NCBI GenBank assembly: GCA_964247055.1
Contig: OZ176056.1
Location: forward strand, 9,486,001 to 9,519,000
Reading direction: 5' to 3'
Source: Paragordius varius
Lineage: Eukaryota; Animalia; Nematomorpha
Length of the DNA: 33,000 bases
The notes beneath the pieces were generated by a model that had not been told where the DNA came from, made no database searches, and worked only from the letters and a program-made list of their open reading frames with translations. Shown here in pieces: positions 1-11,300 of the stretch (positions within the stretch are counted from its first letter, which is position 1; each line of letters starts with the position of its first letter). A program made the position numbers and the translations under genes.

Positions 1-703
1 ACATGTCGATTGATGTATATAAAACTTATTAGTAGTCGTTTATAATCTCGTTTGTTGCATAATCATGTTAAAAAGTATTAGTCATTCATGATTAAATTTA
101 TCATTAATCTGATGGCCTATATTTACGCATATTTTCTTTTTATATATTCAAAGGCAAAACATATATTAATTACTTAAGTTTAATATAATTTAAATATCAA
201 TTATATGATAAATTTTGCCAAAATATTTTCGCACTAAGATTATACATAAACGAGTAAAAAGCATCTTCAATAATTAAAAAGTTTTTACTGTAATAACATT
301 ATATCATTGAAGATACACCGATGTTGTTCGCTTTAATTTTAGTGTCAAATTGTATATTCCATTTTTCATGAAAATACAACATTTCTTAAGCAATCAGAAC
401 ATGTTTTTCTCAAAGACAACATTGTTTTCAGCAAAAACAACAAATTTTTAAAATTAATTACAATTTTTTTTATTTTATGGCAATTTTTATTAGATCTATT
501 TAATTTTAGGCTAATGATTAATTAAATTTTAGCGTTATATTATAAATTTTATTGTTTTCTCATCAATATATGATTTAAATTGATTTTCAACTATGTTATT
601 TGCCCATAAATTGTATTTATTAATAATAATTATTTTTTTCTATAACATTTTTAGTTTCACCTAACCAAATAAAATTGTCAACATGAAAAAAATTATTTTT
701 GCT

Positions 704-852
704 TGAAAAACGTTGTATCAAGGTGTATCAAGAAAAGGGTGAGCAGACCCACGTCGCCACTGTCCACAAAACACGTCCCTTGCTGCCCTTCCAAACACCA
801 GTCAATGGTGGTTCAGTGACAGCCGTCTAGTTGCGTCGGGGGTCGGGTTGAC
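704..852 (-). mobile_element. 149-bp 5'-truncated non-LTR retroposon (LINE 3' end or SINE) inserted antisense into protease exon 1
   Basis: A GC-rich island flanked by the perfect 8-bp direct repeat TTTTTGCT (696-703, 853-860). The minus-strand 3' end has a 5-bp hairpin (GTGGG-TCTG-CTCAC) followed by a tandem tail CTTGATACAC-CTTGATACAA, the layout of LINE/SINE 3' ends. Confidence 0.65.
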
Positions 853-1348
853 TTTTTGCTCGGAATATCGTGTTTGGTTAATGTTGTTCTTTGCATGAAC
901 ATGGGATTTGTTAAAACCGAATATCATTTAAAGTACTTTAAATCTTGTAATTGATTTAATCTTTATTGCAAAATAGGTGGCTATTCAGATTGTGGGATTC
1001 AGTTTGCAAGAATCAGTTCTCCTAATTGCAGCTCGTTGTCTCAACACATTGTTAATGGAAATAACGCTAATATACAAGCGTGGCCTTGGCAGGTATTGAT
1101 TAAAAATATTAAATTAATCTTTATAAAGAACCCTAAGAAGGCACTTGAAATTTCTATTTTTTATATCAACAATGATTTTACTTAGTTAACCTCATCACAA
1201 TCTTTATCCCATAAGCCAGATAAATTTATGTTTAAAAAAATATTGTTTAAGTTAACTCTTATGTCTTATATGGTAAAATATTTAATTTTCAACCAACCAT
1301 TTAAAGTTTAGGACTCATATATATTTAATTCAAAAATCTACCCTTATG

Positions 1349-1583
1349 CAGAGGCGTAGCCTGCGTTTCTGGCTCCCGAGCATAAATAAGTAATGGCGCT
1401 CCCTTCACCTCCATGCGACACCTTGCATTTTAAAAAAAATTATGAATTCAAACCTGGTCATGATCACTCATAATGAGTGATTTTTTACTGAAATTTAAAT
1501 TGATAACTTTTATAAACACCGATTTTTTTGTAATATGGCGCCCGGTGCATCAGCCCCCCTTTCCCCCACTAGCTACGTTTCTG
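1349..1583. mobile_element. hAT-type MITE in protease intron 2
   Basis: Terminal inverted repeats (TIRs) CAGAGGCGTAGC / GCTACGTTTCTG (10/12 match), GC-rich subterminal GGCGC motifs, and a degenerate 8-bp TSD CCCTTATG / TGGTTATG (5/8). Confidence 0.65.
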
Positions 1584-2004
1584 TGGTTATGAGTTATTAA
1601 ATTAATATGAAACATAACAACAATTTTATATTGAATAGTTATATAAGCCATATCGAAAAAATCAGGAATCAAAAAATATTGTTTAATTATTTAAAAATTT
1701 AATGTTTTGTTCTCAAATTGTTAATATAACTATTTAATCATTTAGCTATTCCTCAAAATTGATCGTAAAAAAGATTGTGGAGCTGTGCTTATTCACCCCC
1801 GATTCGCTCTCACGGCTGCACATTGTGTGTGGGGAAAGTATGGCATATATATCTTTTTCCATTATATAGTAAAAATGGAAATTATAAGGACACGAAAAAC
1901 AGAGACAAAGAAAGGCTTTAAGCCTTGATTTAAGACTAAATTATCTTAAGTGTAGTAACACAATTAGGATACTTATTTTACATCCCACAACGATTACCCA
2001 TATA

Positions 2005-2269
2005 CAGTAAAAAATGTTTTACGGACCAAAAGTAAAAATATTAAGACAAATTTTTTTTTAAAGACAACCATACTTTTTCAAACCTATTTATCCAATTAAA
2101 AATATTTAATAACACTCCTAAAATATGTGTATTGTATTACCAATATACATTATTCCTACTTTGGATTTTAAAACAATGCATATCTTAATAATATTAAGAT
2201 GTGTATTTTAGAAAAAAATATATGTCTTTATATTATTACCTTTTGTCAGTATAATTTCAATTTTTACTG
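2005..2269. mobile_element. MITE family A (Tc1/mariner-like, CAGTA...TACTG termini) in protease intron 3
   Basis: Long imperfect TIRs of about 70 bp: CAGTAAAAA..TACGGACCAAAAGTAAAAATATTAAGACAAA..ACAACCATACTTTT and its reverse complement ending TTTTTACTG. TA lies 5' of the element. The same arms recur about 10 times in the window. Confidence 0.8.
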
Positions 2270-2497
2270 TTATCTACAAAATTAACGTCATTTTTTACAA
2301 TTAATATGTTATATAAATGTATTGTGTCATTATCAATCTGTTTAGTGAAAGGAAAATTCAAGTGTATGGACACATAGAAAATTTATTCAATGTGGTATAT
2401 ATGGATCGTGGAGGATGGAAGTCCGGAGTCAATAACGTTCACTACAAAGATTTCATGTAAGTTCTCTCGATATTTTGGATGCTTATTTCATTTAATA

Positions 2498-2751
2498 CAC
2501 CATTTACACCCCATTGACCCTAGTTTACGTGGACTCTTAAACATTTCACTATTCACCTTGAAATAAATTATGTTTAAAATCCAACTTTTGTTATAAAATA
2601 TTTCTATATGGCTTATTATACCATTTCTGTATTTTAATTTTTATTAAAATAAAGGTACTTCTATTTTTCAAAAATTTATTTATCTTTAGGGTGAATTCGC
2701 AATGTTCAAGGGGGAAATAGAAATGTTTAAGAAAAAAGTATGTAAATGGCA
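2498..2751. mobile_element. MITE family B, degenerate copy, in protease intron 4
   Basis: Termini CACCATTTAC ... GTAAATGGCA. Subterminal ATTCACCTTGAA / GGGTGAATTCGCAATGTTCAAG units match the cleaner copy at 20192-20550. Confidence 0.6.
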
Positions 2752-3067
2752 TTACTTTTATTTCACTGCGTTAAATGTTTTTATCTATTAGCTTTTACTA
2801 CTTCGATACAGATTTAGGTAGGTAGTTGTACCAAGCATTTAAATAGATATGTTAACTATGAACGCCAACAAAATATGTAGCTAAAATATAATTGTGCATC
2901 ATAAATTATTTAAATTTGATAAAAATAAGATAAACAACTATCGCCTTCAAAACTAAAATATTTTTGCCCGTTTTTAATCACCAAGCTAAATATTTATTTA
3001 ATTTTAATATATCTTATTTTTTATATTGACTTCCGAACCTGAGTTTTACAACACTAAACATATCCCA

Positions 3068-3256
3068 TTTCCCAGTCTAAATAAACGTTTTCCCAGTCAA
3101 TCGAAACGTATTCCCAGTCAATCGAAACATTTTCCCAGTCAATCGAAACGTTTTCCCAGTCAATCGAAACGTTTTCCCAGTCAATCGAAACATTTTCCCA
3201 ATCAATCGAAACGTTTTCCCTGTCAATCGAAACATTTTCCCAGTCAATAAAAACGG
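3068..3256. repeat. Tandem array of 9 x 21-bp units (TTTCCCAGTCAATCGAAACGT)
   Basis: The CCCAG core recurs at 3071, 3092, 3113, 3134, 3155, 3176, 3197, 3218 and 3239 (exact 21-bp period). It is preceded by TATCCCATTT, one mismatch from the family-B terminus TATACCATTT. Confidence 0.95.
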
Positions 3257-3529
3257 TTTCATTTTTGATAATAAATATCAAAACAAGATACAACTTTTAA
3301 CCATTAGCGTAATTTTAGGATAATATTTTGCAAAATAACACAATTATTGAATGACAATTTTTCCTATGTATTCAACTACATAATCTTTAATGACTTATTT
3401 ATAAAAAGTTGAGCTATTACTATACAAATATACCCGAATAAATCAATCATTGTTTGATTTTACTAAAGAGACAAATTAAGATAATATATTAAAAAATGAT
3501 TTTCATTTATTGTGTAAGTTATAAAAAGA

Positions 3530-4554
3530 TCACATATAAGGTAAACCGGCTGCCGCCTTTACCCAATTTGTCATTATCTTTTCATAATAATTTCTGCTAT
3601 TATCCGATGTTATGGAGCCCGCTGCCAATTTTATAAGATTCAATAATTCCACATTCGCATTCATATTATTTAATATAATATTTTGTCGGACAAAATTTTT
3701 TGTATTTTTGAAAATGCCATTTCGATTGGGTTCAACATATAACTGTACGGTGACAGAAAATCAATTTTGTATTTGTATAAATCGGCTCTACCTTTTAATT
3801 CATTTTTTTATGAATCCGTGCATTGTCCATAATAAAATGATATAGAATATCGTCCCTCTTTAAATATTCACAAAGTTCATCAAAAAAACTTGTAAAGCGT
3901 TGGGTGACTGTTCTTTGGCTTTCTATTTCGTAATAAACCATAGCTCTTAATGACAGAGCTCCAATAAAAGTGATGTTTCTGCCTTTTACGCTAGGCACCA
4001 CAATATTGGCTCTCGTGCCACTTTTGGATCGACCTTGGCTTCTTCTAATATGGTTATTATAACCGCATTCATCCAAATAAATAATATTTGTTAAGTCATC
4101 GGAGAAAGATTGTGAAAACCATATTGCGCATTTTTTCCTTAAATCTATTATTTGAGGATCATTGACTTTTTCATTAAGATGATGGGCTAATTTCAAAGTT
4201 ATTTTTGAATATTTGATTACTCGGTCTATAGAGGATTTAGATAATTTTATTTTTTTTTCATCTTCCAAAAATTTTTTTTAACTGGTTAATTGTTAATGAC
4301 GGCTGATAAGTTAGTTTATTATCTATGAAATGCATAATATCTTCCGTAATTTATTTGTTTTTAGTCCCTCCACGAGTTAGAATTTCTGAAACTATTGTTT
4401 TTTTCATATTTATACATAATTTGACGAGCAGTATTATAGTTTATATCTAAATCCTTTGATACATCCACACTCCATTCTCCATCAAAAAAAACTTGTTTTA
4501 CTAATTGTTTTCTATCTTGTTGAGATATAACTAAATACAATTTTTTTAAATCAT
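3530..4554 (-). mobile_element. IS630/Tc1-like DDE transposase pseudogene (near full length, several frameshifts and stops)
   Basis: The minus-strand translation across frames gives an N-terminal HTH (VDVSKDLDINYNTARQIMYKY), an RGG linker, a second HTH (LSKSSIDRVIK), then IIYLDECGYN, GRNITFIGALS, FIMDNARIHK and FLSPYSYMLNPIEMAFSKI, ending AAAGLPYM*. Adding one A in the A7 run after DNARIH gives DD34E spacing. TIRs were not resolved. Confidence 0.9.
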
Positions 4555-4936
4555 TATTGTTATTGTTATAAGTGACAATATATAATTTTTATATCACAGT
4601 AGCGTATGGCATAAAACATTGTTAGAGCAAAATAGAATAAAAAAACACTTTTTTTAAGAAAAGGGGGATATTATGGATAGTTTATTTAAAATTAAGGGAT
4701 CTTGATATATGTAAAATGTGCTTTAGGATTTTTAAATTGCGATAGAAAAATGTAAAAATAAAATAATATTGAAACATAATTTCTCAGATTTTTGACAAAT
4801 AATTATATTTTCATTTTATGGTAATAAGGTGAATTATAGAGTATGTATTTAAGGGATTATTACCTAAACTAAAAAATTTCACTTGAAAGTTCTTATTATT
4901 TTTGCATTATTAAAATTTAATTTTAAAAAATCATTT

Positions 4937-4988
4937 AGGCGCCCCTAAATAACGGCGCCCGGGGCATGATGCACCCCCTTGTGATATG
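4937..4988. mobile_element. Remnant right end of a hAT-type MITE
   Basis: GGCGCCCGGGGCATGATGCACCCCCTT resembles the right subterminal region of the 1349-1583 element (GGCGCCCGGTGCATCAGCCCCCCTT). No left end was found. Confidence 0.35.
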
Positions 4989-5499
4989 CTTAGGAAAAGG
5001 GAAATAGCCATAATCCATGGCTTTTATATTTTTACTTCAAAACATAATATCTCTTTAATACAATCTTTAAATAACAAAACAAAAACTATAGCATCCATAT
5101 TCAATTACCGATAACTGATAAGTTTTGAATTGCAATTATTCATAATTTGATTTATATTTTTATAAAAAAATGTTATGATCATATTGATGAAAAGTCAGGA
5201 ATTAATCGGAAAATTTTTGAGGAATTCACCCGGTTAGTGCACCACTTTCTTAAGAACCACCAAATTTTGGTTTTGAAATTTTAAAAATTACCAATATTCA
5301 GGTTTCCCTTTTTCGACCCGGCTAACCTTTTGTCCTATAACTAGCAATCAATTTCTCGTCAGAAACATGTATTGATGATTCCGCTTTTGGGGTTAAGTGA
5401 AACATATTTTATAATTAGTTAATAAAAATTAAGTGCATATTTAAAAAATAGATACAATAGAAACGCGTAGCGAATATTTTTTTTCAGTAAAAATAATAT

Positions 5500-7130
5500 A
5501 ATTTTTTACATTTTTTCCGAGGGTCCTTGAACTAATTGAATTCAAAAACTTGCTATTATGCAGATAAAATTATAAACGACCTAGATATCGTATATGATAC
5601 CAAATACATCGAAGTTTCAAAATGTTTTATTCCTATACATAATTGGACGAAATACAGTAAATTTTTTTATATCGAATATATCTATATATTTATAAAAATG
5701 GAAAGTGATTGCTTTGTGATCTGTTTCCGGAAATCCAGTGGACCCATTCATATCCGGATATTAAAAAATATAATTATTAATGAATGCCCCGACAATAGCT
5801 TCGCCTTTTTTGATTTAGGTCCTCAGTTCGGGCCCATTCCGTGTAAAAAACGGCTTTTTGAAAACACAAGTCCACATAAATTGTGTCTTTGATACAATTC
5901 TCCGGAAAACGTGATGGATCAGTCGATTTCAAATATAATTTTTTTACTTATTTTCGATTGCGCCGAACATATGCGGCTCGCTTTTTTAATTTAGGCCCTC
6001 TTTTTACACGCTCTATCCCTAAAATATCATTTTTTCAAAAAAATTAAGCTCACAATAATATTTTTTGAATCTATTTTTCCTAGGGTATGAGATCGTAAAA
6101 ATTAAATAAAAATTCCAGGTATTCTCTGTTTAAAGGCAAAAATTTAAGTCAAGCGTTTCTTTGATGATAGCTGCGGGGTAAGGATATACCCGCAAAAAAC
6201 TGACCCGTCATATCAATATAGCATGCCTTTGAGGCTAAATTTCAGAAAACCTATCAGGCTTATGAGTTCAATAGCTGCTTTAAGTATTACCCGTGTTTAG
6301 TAGTTAATTTTCAGAAAACTTATCAGGCCATAAGTTTTATAAGGGCCTGAAATATTACCCGTAGAAAGGCTAAAATTTAATTCTAGCGTTTTTTTAATTA
6401 GCGGTTAAATAGGCCCCTTACGCCCTAAAAAATGCGCTATCATTGAACTATTATTTAGTTTTAAAACCATTTTTCCATAAACTATTAAGAACATATAGAA
6501 TGAATAATGATTCCAAGTGTACCCATAAAAAGGCAATAAATATTATCGAAACGGCTTTTTGATATTGGCCTCTACGTAGGGGGCTACCCGCCTAAAAGTG
6601 CGTCCCTATATTGATACAACATGTTGGAGCCAAATTTCAGAAACCTATGAGACTATGTAAATTCAATAAGATATAAGGGGACCTGAAAAAATAGCCGCCA
6701 TAGAACAATAATTAGTTTTAAAGCAATATTCCAAGAACCTATAGGAACATATGTATAATTCTAGATATTCCCATATAAAAACAAAAATTTTGTGGCGGTT
6801 TTTTATACCTGACTCTAAGAAGCTATTTGCCAAAAACTGCGCCACTATATGGAAATGTGTTGTTTTGGAATTAAAGAAAACTTATGCCATATGAGCTCAT
6901 TTAAAGTTCGAAATATTACCTGTAATAGGTAAAATTTGGGGCCTTTATGCCCTAAAAATACGCCATCATATAACGATTATTTATTGTTGGTGTATTTTTT
7001 CGAATAATCAAAGAGATGGTTTCAAAAGTGATTCAAAATATATTCCCAATAAAAGAATATAATTCGGCGCTTTTTCATATAGGTCTATGGGTAGGGGTTT
7101 ACCGGTTTAAAACTAAACCATATTCAGTGT
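5500..7130. repeat. Unclassified interspersed repeat, family C (longer copy, with internal ~560-bp duplication and shorter subrepeats)
   Basis: 5696-5915 and ~6280-6620 align by eye with 27946-28420. The block AATATTACCCGT...AAAATTT...GGCC..GCCCTAAAAA...GTAGGGG recurs at ~6351 and ~6912. AATTTCAGAAAAC(C/T)TAT subrepeats occur at ~6238, ~6307 and ~6633. The left boundary is approximate. Confidence 0.7.
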
Positions 7131-8974
7131 ACAACATTGAAAATCACGAAACACTGCATAAAAAAGTTATGGATTGTTATTTATTATTTTTTCTGGTTGT
7201 CATCTACTTTTTTTCCATTTTCAAAACAAAGAACAACTATACAAATAAGTGATGATCAACAGAGAAAACTTTTTTATTCTCTCGCAATAATTTACGATTG
7301 CTACCAAACTGTTATAGAAATTACCAAGCGTAACTCAAAACCTTTAACAATCTATGTTAAAGTTAAGACTAATAATATCTTTTTTTTCATTTTTAACTAA
7401 TAATTTATAAATACTAGCTAAATTATTTATTTAAATAGTAAATTCATAACCTTAAATCAAAATAATACTAGCTTCGAGTTCATAATGAAGGAAAAAATTA
7501 TTTTCTAATACTTTTAATACATTTAAAAATATTCTATCTGATGAACACACTCGTTTCAAAAGAATTGCATTAGTTTGTTGTAAATTTAAATTTTGATAAT
7601 ATTCGGAGTGTTATACACTTATAACAAATAATAATATTTTTAGTATATAGATATTAATAAATATAATTAATTTAAATAAATATATAAATGCTTCATATTC
7701 TATTTATAGATAATTATCTAATAAAGAATGTTCCTCCTATTTTTCAAAAATGCCATATTCACCGAATCCGCCAATTGATAAAGGAAAATTTAAAATTTAG
7801 TTATATACAATGAGCAAAGTTATAATTGTTGTAAAATGGACTATTTTTCTAAAATAAACGCAAAAATGCCGAGTCGCGAATAATTTGAATATATGCTAGT
7901 ACCAGCCAAATATATTATAAACAATCAACACTTTTTACATTTTATTTTCAGCAAGGGTTGAAGCGTTTAATACTATTTTTAGGCATGATGGAAACGGTAT
8001 AAAAACGTTTTTAGATTAAAACCTTTTTTACATAAATAAATCATTAGAAACATTTCTATTGCTTAACAATTTTAATTTGGTTCGTTTACTTTCAAGTTTA
8101 ATTAATTTATAAAAAACACAAATTTATATTTGACATAAATTATAAGACCAACAAATATTTTAAAATCCAAATTCTGATGTGAGATAGAAATGTTTATATC
8201 ATTATAAAATAAAAAAAGTGATTTTGTATTCTCTATTTAAGTGATACTATTAGAAGCCGTAGTTCATGGACTTTTAACCATTATTATAATTTTTAGTGAT
8301 TCCAATGTTGTTCCAGAACGAAACGTAACGCCCATTGATTTTAAATTTGTTGATCCACAAAAATTTGCAAATTCCTTCACAGATAACGATTAGAAAGACT
8401 ACTCACAAACTTTTCATTTAAAGAAGGAATATTGCAATGATTACCACAAAGCCTAAACATCAATCTTTGATTTTTATTGATTCATTTCTGATGTAATAAT
8501 TATAACTTTTTTTACATGCTTTTTTTGTTGATTAATGTCAGTTCTGAAAGGATTATCTAAATCCATAATTTAGCTATATATAATTAATCAAAATTTTCTG
8601 CAAAATGTTATTAATATTGTATTATAGCGGTTTTATTTTACAAATTTAACAACTTTGCAAATAAATAGAGCTAATAATAATAATACATATTCATAAGGTT
8701 TCTCTCTGAGTGTGTTTCTTTAATCACCTTTTAATCCTTAAAACACTTCCAGTTGATCCTTGAACATTTTATATTTTCCTTAAACTGTTTTAATTAATTT
8801 GTATATTTTATCAATCAAACCAATTATACATTAAATTTGTATTTTAAACGTTATTCTCCAATTAACATCTAGTAAACATGTCAGGTAATATGACTTAAAT
8901 AGAACTTAAAATATAATCCGTAAAAAGGCAAAAACTTAGCTCGTGCGATTTTTCAAATTTGCCCTTGCTTTTTT

Positions 8975-9130
8975 TGATAATATTATTATCAAAATTATTA
9001 TACTTAGTGGATACTAAAATGCTGTAATTTTATTACATAATCGTTAAAAAGATCGTATATACATTATTTAATTTTGGTCATGCCTCTAAAAGAAAATAAA
9101 TTAATACTGAAGAGATAATAATTTTTTGAA
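8975..9130. repeat. Short fragment of interspersed repeat family D
   Basis: ATTATTATCAAAATTAT..TAGTGGATACTAAAATG..TTACATAATCGTTAAAAAGATC matches 26510-26600 directly and ~16990-17080 in reverse complement. Confidence 0.5.
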
Positions 9131-9954
9131 AAACAAAAAGCTTTAAAATTTATATTGGCTAATATATAATAAATATTTAGTTATAGACCAGTTTTAGATA
9201 ATTTTTAGATGGAAAACACAAGGCTGTGTGAATCACGTTTTCCATTATATTCTTATAAAATCACACATATTACATTTTAAGTCAATTGATTACAATAGTA
9301 GGCTTTTTAACCTAGTAAATTGTTAATCAAAAATGGGCTAATTAAGAATTTAAGGCAAAATTGAAAAGTATTTGTTAGGAAATTTTTACTTTTAAGATCC
9401 TTTAAAATAAGCCTACAATTATTATTATTATATTATACATATTTAATTCGTTTTAATGATTTATATTCACCAATTTTAATGAACACTAAAGATTATAATT
9501 CAAAATATTTTGCCGTGTTCATAACCTTTAATTTTCGCGGTTTTATTTATTTAGATGGTTGAACAATAAAAATTGCCCCTATAACCAGTTATCATATAGT
9601 AATGGATAGGTGGTGTTCAATAATAACCTCGCTCCATTTCGATTTGCAGTTTTTCCACCCCGTGTGTAATTGGATCTTTTCAATGGCATCATCATTCATA
9701 TACCTCCTAAACAAATATATATTATAGGTCAATTTTAAAAAATTTTGTTCATTTTTGTAATTATACACAAAAAATATTTGAGTCATCTAACCTCCATTTT
9801 CAAAAAAATGGGGAAATAGTTTTTCCACCTGAATAACCAAAGGAATATCAAATTTTCTACTAATTACTAGTAGGAATTTTTGAAATATATATATACTTAT
9901 ATACTACGAAATTTCATTTAATATAATTTTTGGAAAAACTTTTTCGAATTTAAA

Positions 9955-11268
9955 ATGATTAAATTTGCGCTACCATTTTTAAGTATTCTCATATGCCTAG
10001 TATTCAGCCATTTTGTCGGTTAGTATTAAATTTAGATGAAAAATATACGGATAAAACGTAAAAATATAAAGACAAAATTTTTTTTTAAAAAAAATAACCA
10101 TACTTTTTTAATCTTGTTTTTTCGATTATAACTTATTATTTAATATTGCAGTGTGAAATAAAGATATATATAATTAACAATCAATTTTATATTTTACAAT
10201 CAAATTAAATACCTTTTAGAAGAAATTTTAAGGTTTGAATAAGTCTGGTTGTGTTGAAAAAAATATTTGTCTTTATAATTTTGCGTTTTCCGTATTTTTA
10301 TTTTTACTGTAAAAGTATATATATGATTTCGTGGTTAATACCATTTCTATAAACTCATCAATTATTTTTGAATAACTCAAAATTTAAAAAGAATTTTAAA
10401 GCATTTAAAACATTTACGACAAAATCCTGATATTTGATATAAATTCATTAATTATTTTCCCTCAAAAAAGTATATTAAACATTGACAAATAATTTAAAAA
10501 ATGAAAAAAAAATACATTTAAATTAAAGATCAATATGCTCATAATAAACGTTTCGTTCAAAACATGTTAATATATCCTTTCAATAATTGATTATTGATAA
10601 AAAATTGTTTAATATAAAAGATAAAATGTTGAATATGAACGGAAAAGGGTTGAAGTCGGTAACATTTCTATTTTATACCAAAGCTTTGAGCTATTGAATG
10701 ACATATATAATATATATATATTGTACTTGGACATATATGTACCTTTTTACCGCAAAAGTCCTGATATTATTTTTAAGCTAAAATTTTAATAAACTAATAT
10801 ATCAATTTTAAAATGTTTATTACAAGATGCTGATATTCCGGACGCTGCTATGCAACAACTTATTTTGAAATTGCACAATGATGAACGCAACAGCCTTAAT
10901 GCCAAAATGATGATGAAATTAGTATTATATATATAATACCATTTACAGTACAAATTTAATCTTGAACATTATTCACCCTCGAATCAAATTCACCCTAAAT
11001 ATATATTATGTATTTTCGGGCGACTAATAAACCCCTCATTAATATGAAAGATATCTTAATGGCATTTATTATTTTCCAGTATATTATTTTAGTTTTAAAC
11101 AAATAAAGATGTAAAAAATATAGATAATTTTTAATCCTAAAAAACACTTTTTATTTTAGGGTGAATTTGAATTATTCAATGGATTAATTTTGAATTACTC
11201 GAAGGTGAATTTGAATTGTTCAAGGGTTAATTTGAATGTGAATTTAAATTGTTTGATGGTGAATTTGA

Positions 11269-11300
<32 letters not shown>

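Larger units (their letters stand above)
683..2456 (+). pseudogene. Trypsin-family (S1A) secreted serine protease, N-terminal half. Exon 1 is disrupted by an insertion. Exons: 683-703+861-946, 977-1092, 1746-1837, 2346-2456; possible further micro-exons 2792-2817 and 2847-2876.
   Basis: The GT-AG spliced model with consistent phases gives ...KSCGYSDCGIQFARISSPNCSSLSQH-IVNGNNANIQAWPWQ-LFLKIDRKKDCGAVLIHPRFALTAAHCVWG-NERKIQVYGHIENLF... This contains the hallmark IVNG...WPWQ, CGAxLI and TAAHC (catalytic His) motifs. Removing the 704-852 insert and one TSD copy, plus one homopolymer base, restores the signal peptide MKKLFLLGISCLVNVVLC. No GDSGG exon was found downstream. Confidence 0.8.

Noticed and set aside
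1870-1920. Alternative protease exon after a 32-nt intron (1838-1869)
   Set aside because: It runs into TAA after 17 codons and lacks protease-like residues; 2346-2456 fits phase and content better.
3026-3293. Three overlapping repetitive ORFs (SQSKRFP / DWENVSI repeats) and a possible CRISPR-like array
   Set aside because: They are by-products of a 21-bp (7-codon) tandem repeat that is open in several frames. The units are contiguous with no spacers, and the context is eukaryotic.
5790-5830. Hammerhead-like CTGAGGA...GAAG on the minus strand
   Set aside because: It has GAAG instead of GAAA, poor stem II geometry, and the core is not conserved in the second family-C copy (CTGGGGA).
5536-7400. 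ORFs 5536-5892, 6663-6845, 7016-7252 and 7137-7400
   Set aside because: They lie in or beside repeat family C, have no recognisable motifs, and the frame is not preserved in the 27946 copy.
9592-9786. Minus-strand 64-aa ORF in a GC-richer patch, plus similar exon-like patches at 7740-8010, 8300-8470, 18600-18770 and 19290-19630
   Set aside because: No family motif or consistent splice-phase chain could be built by eye. They may be exons or TE relics and need a homology search.
10621-10658. Possible extra CAP exon (NVEYERKRVEV with a GTAACA donor)
   Set aside because: At 38 nt it shifts the frame or includes TAA; the model is complete without it.
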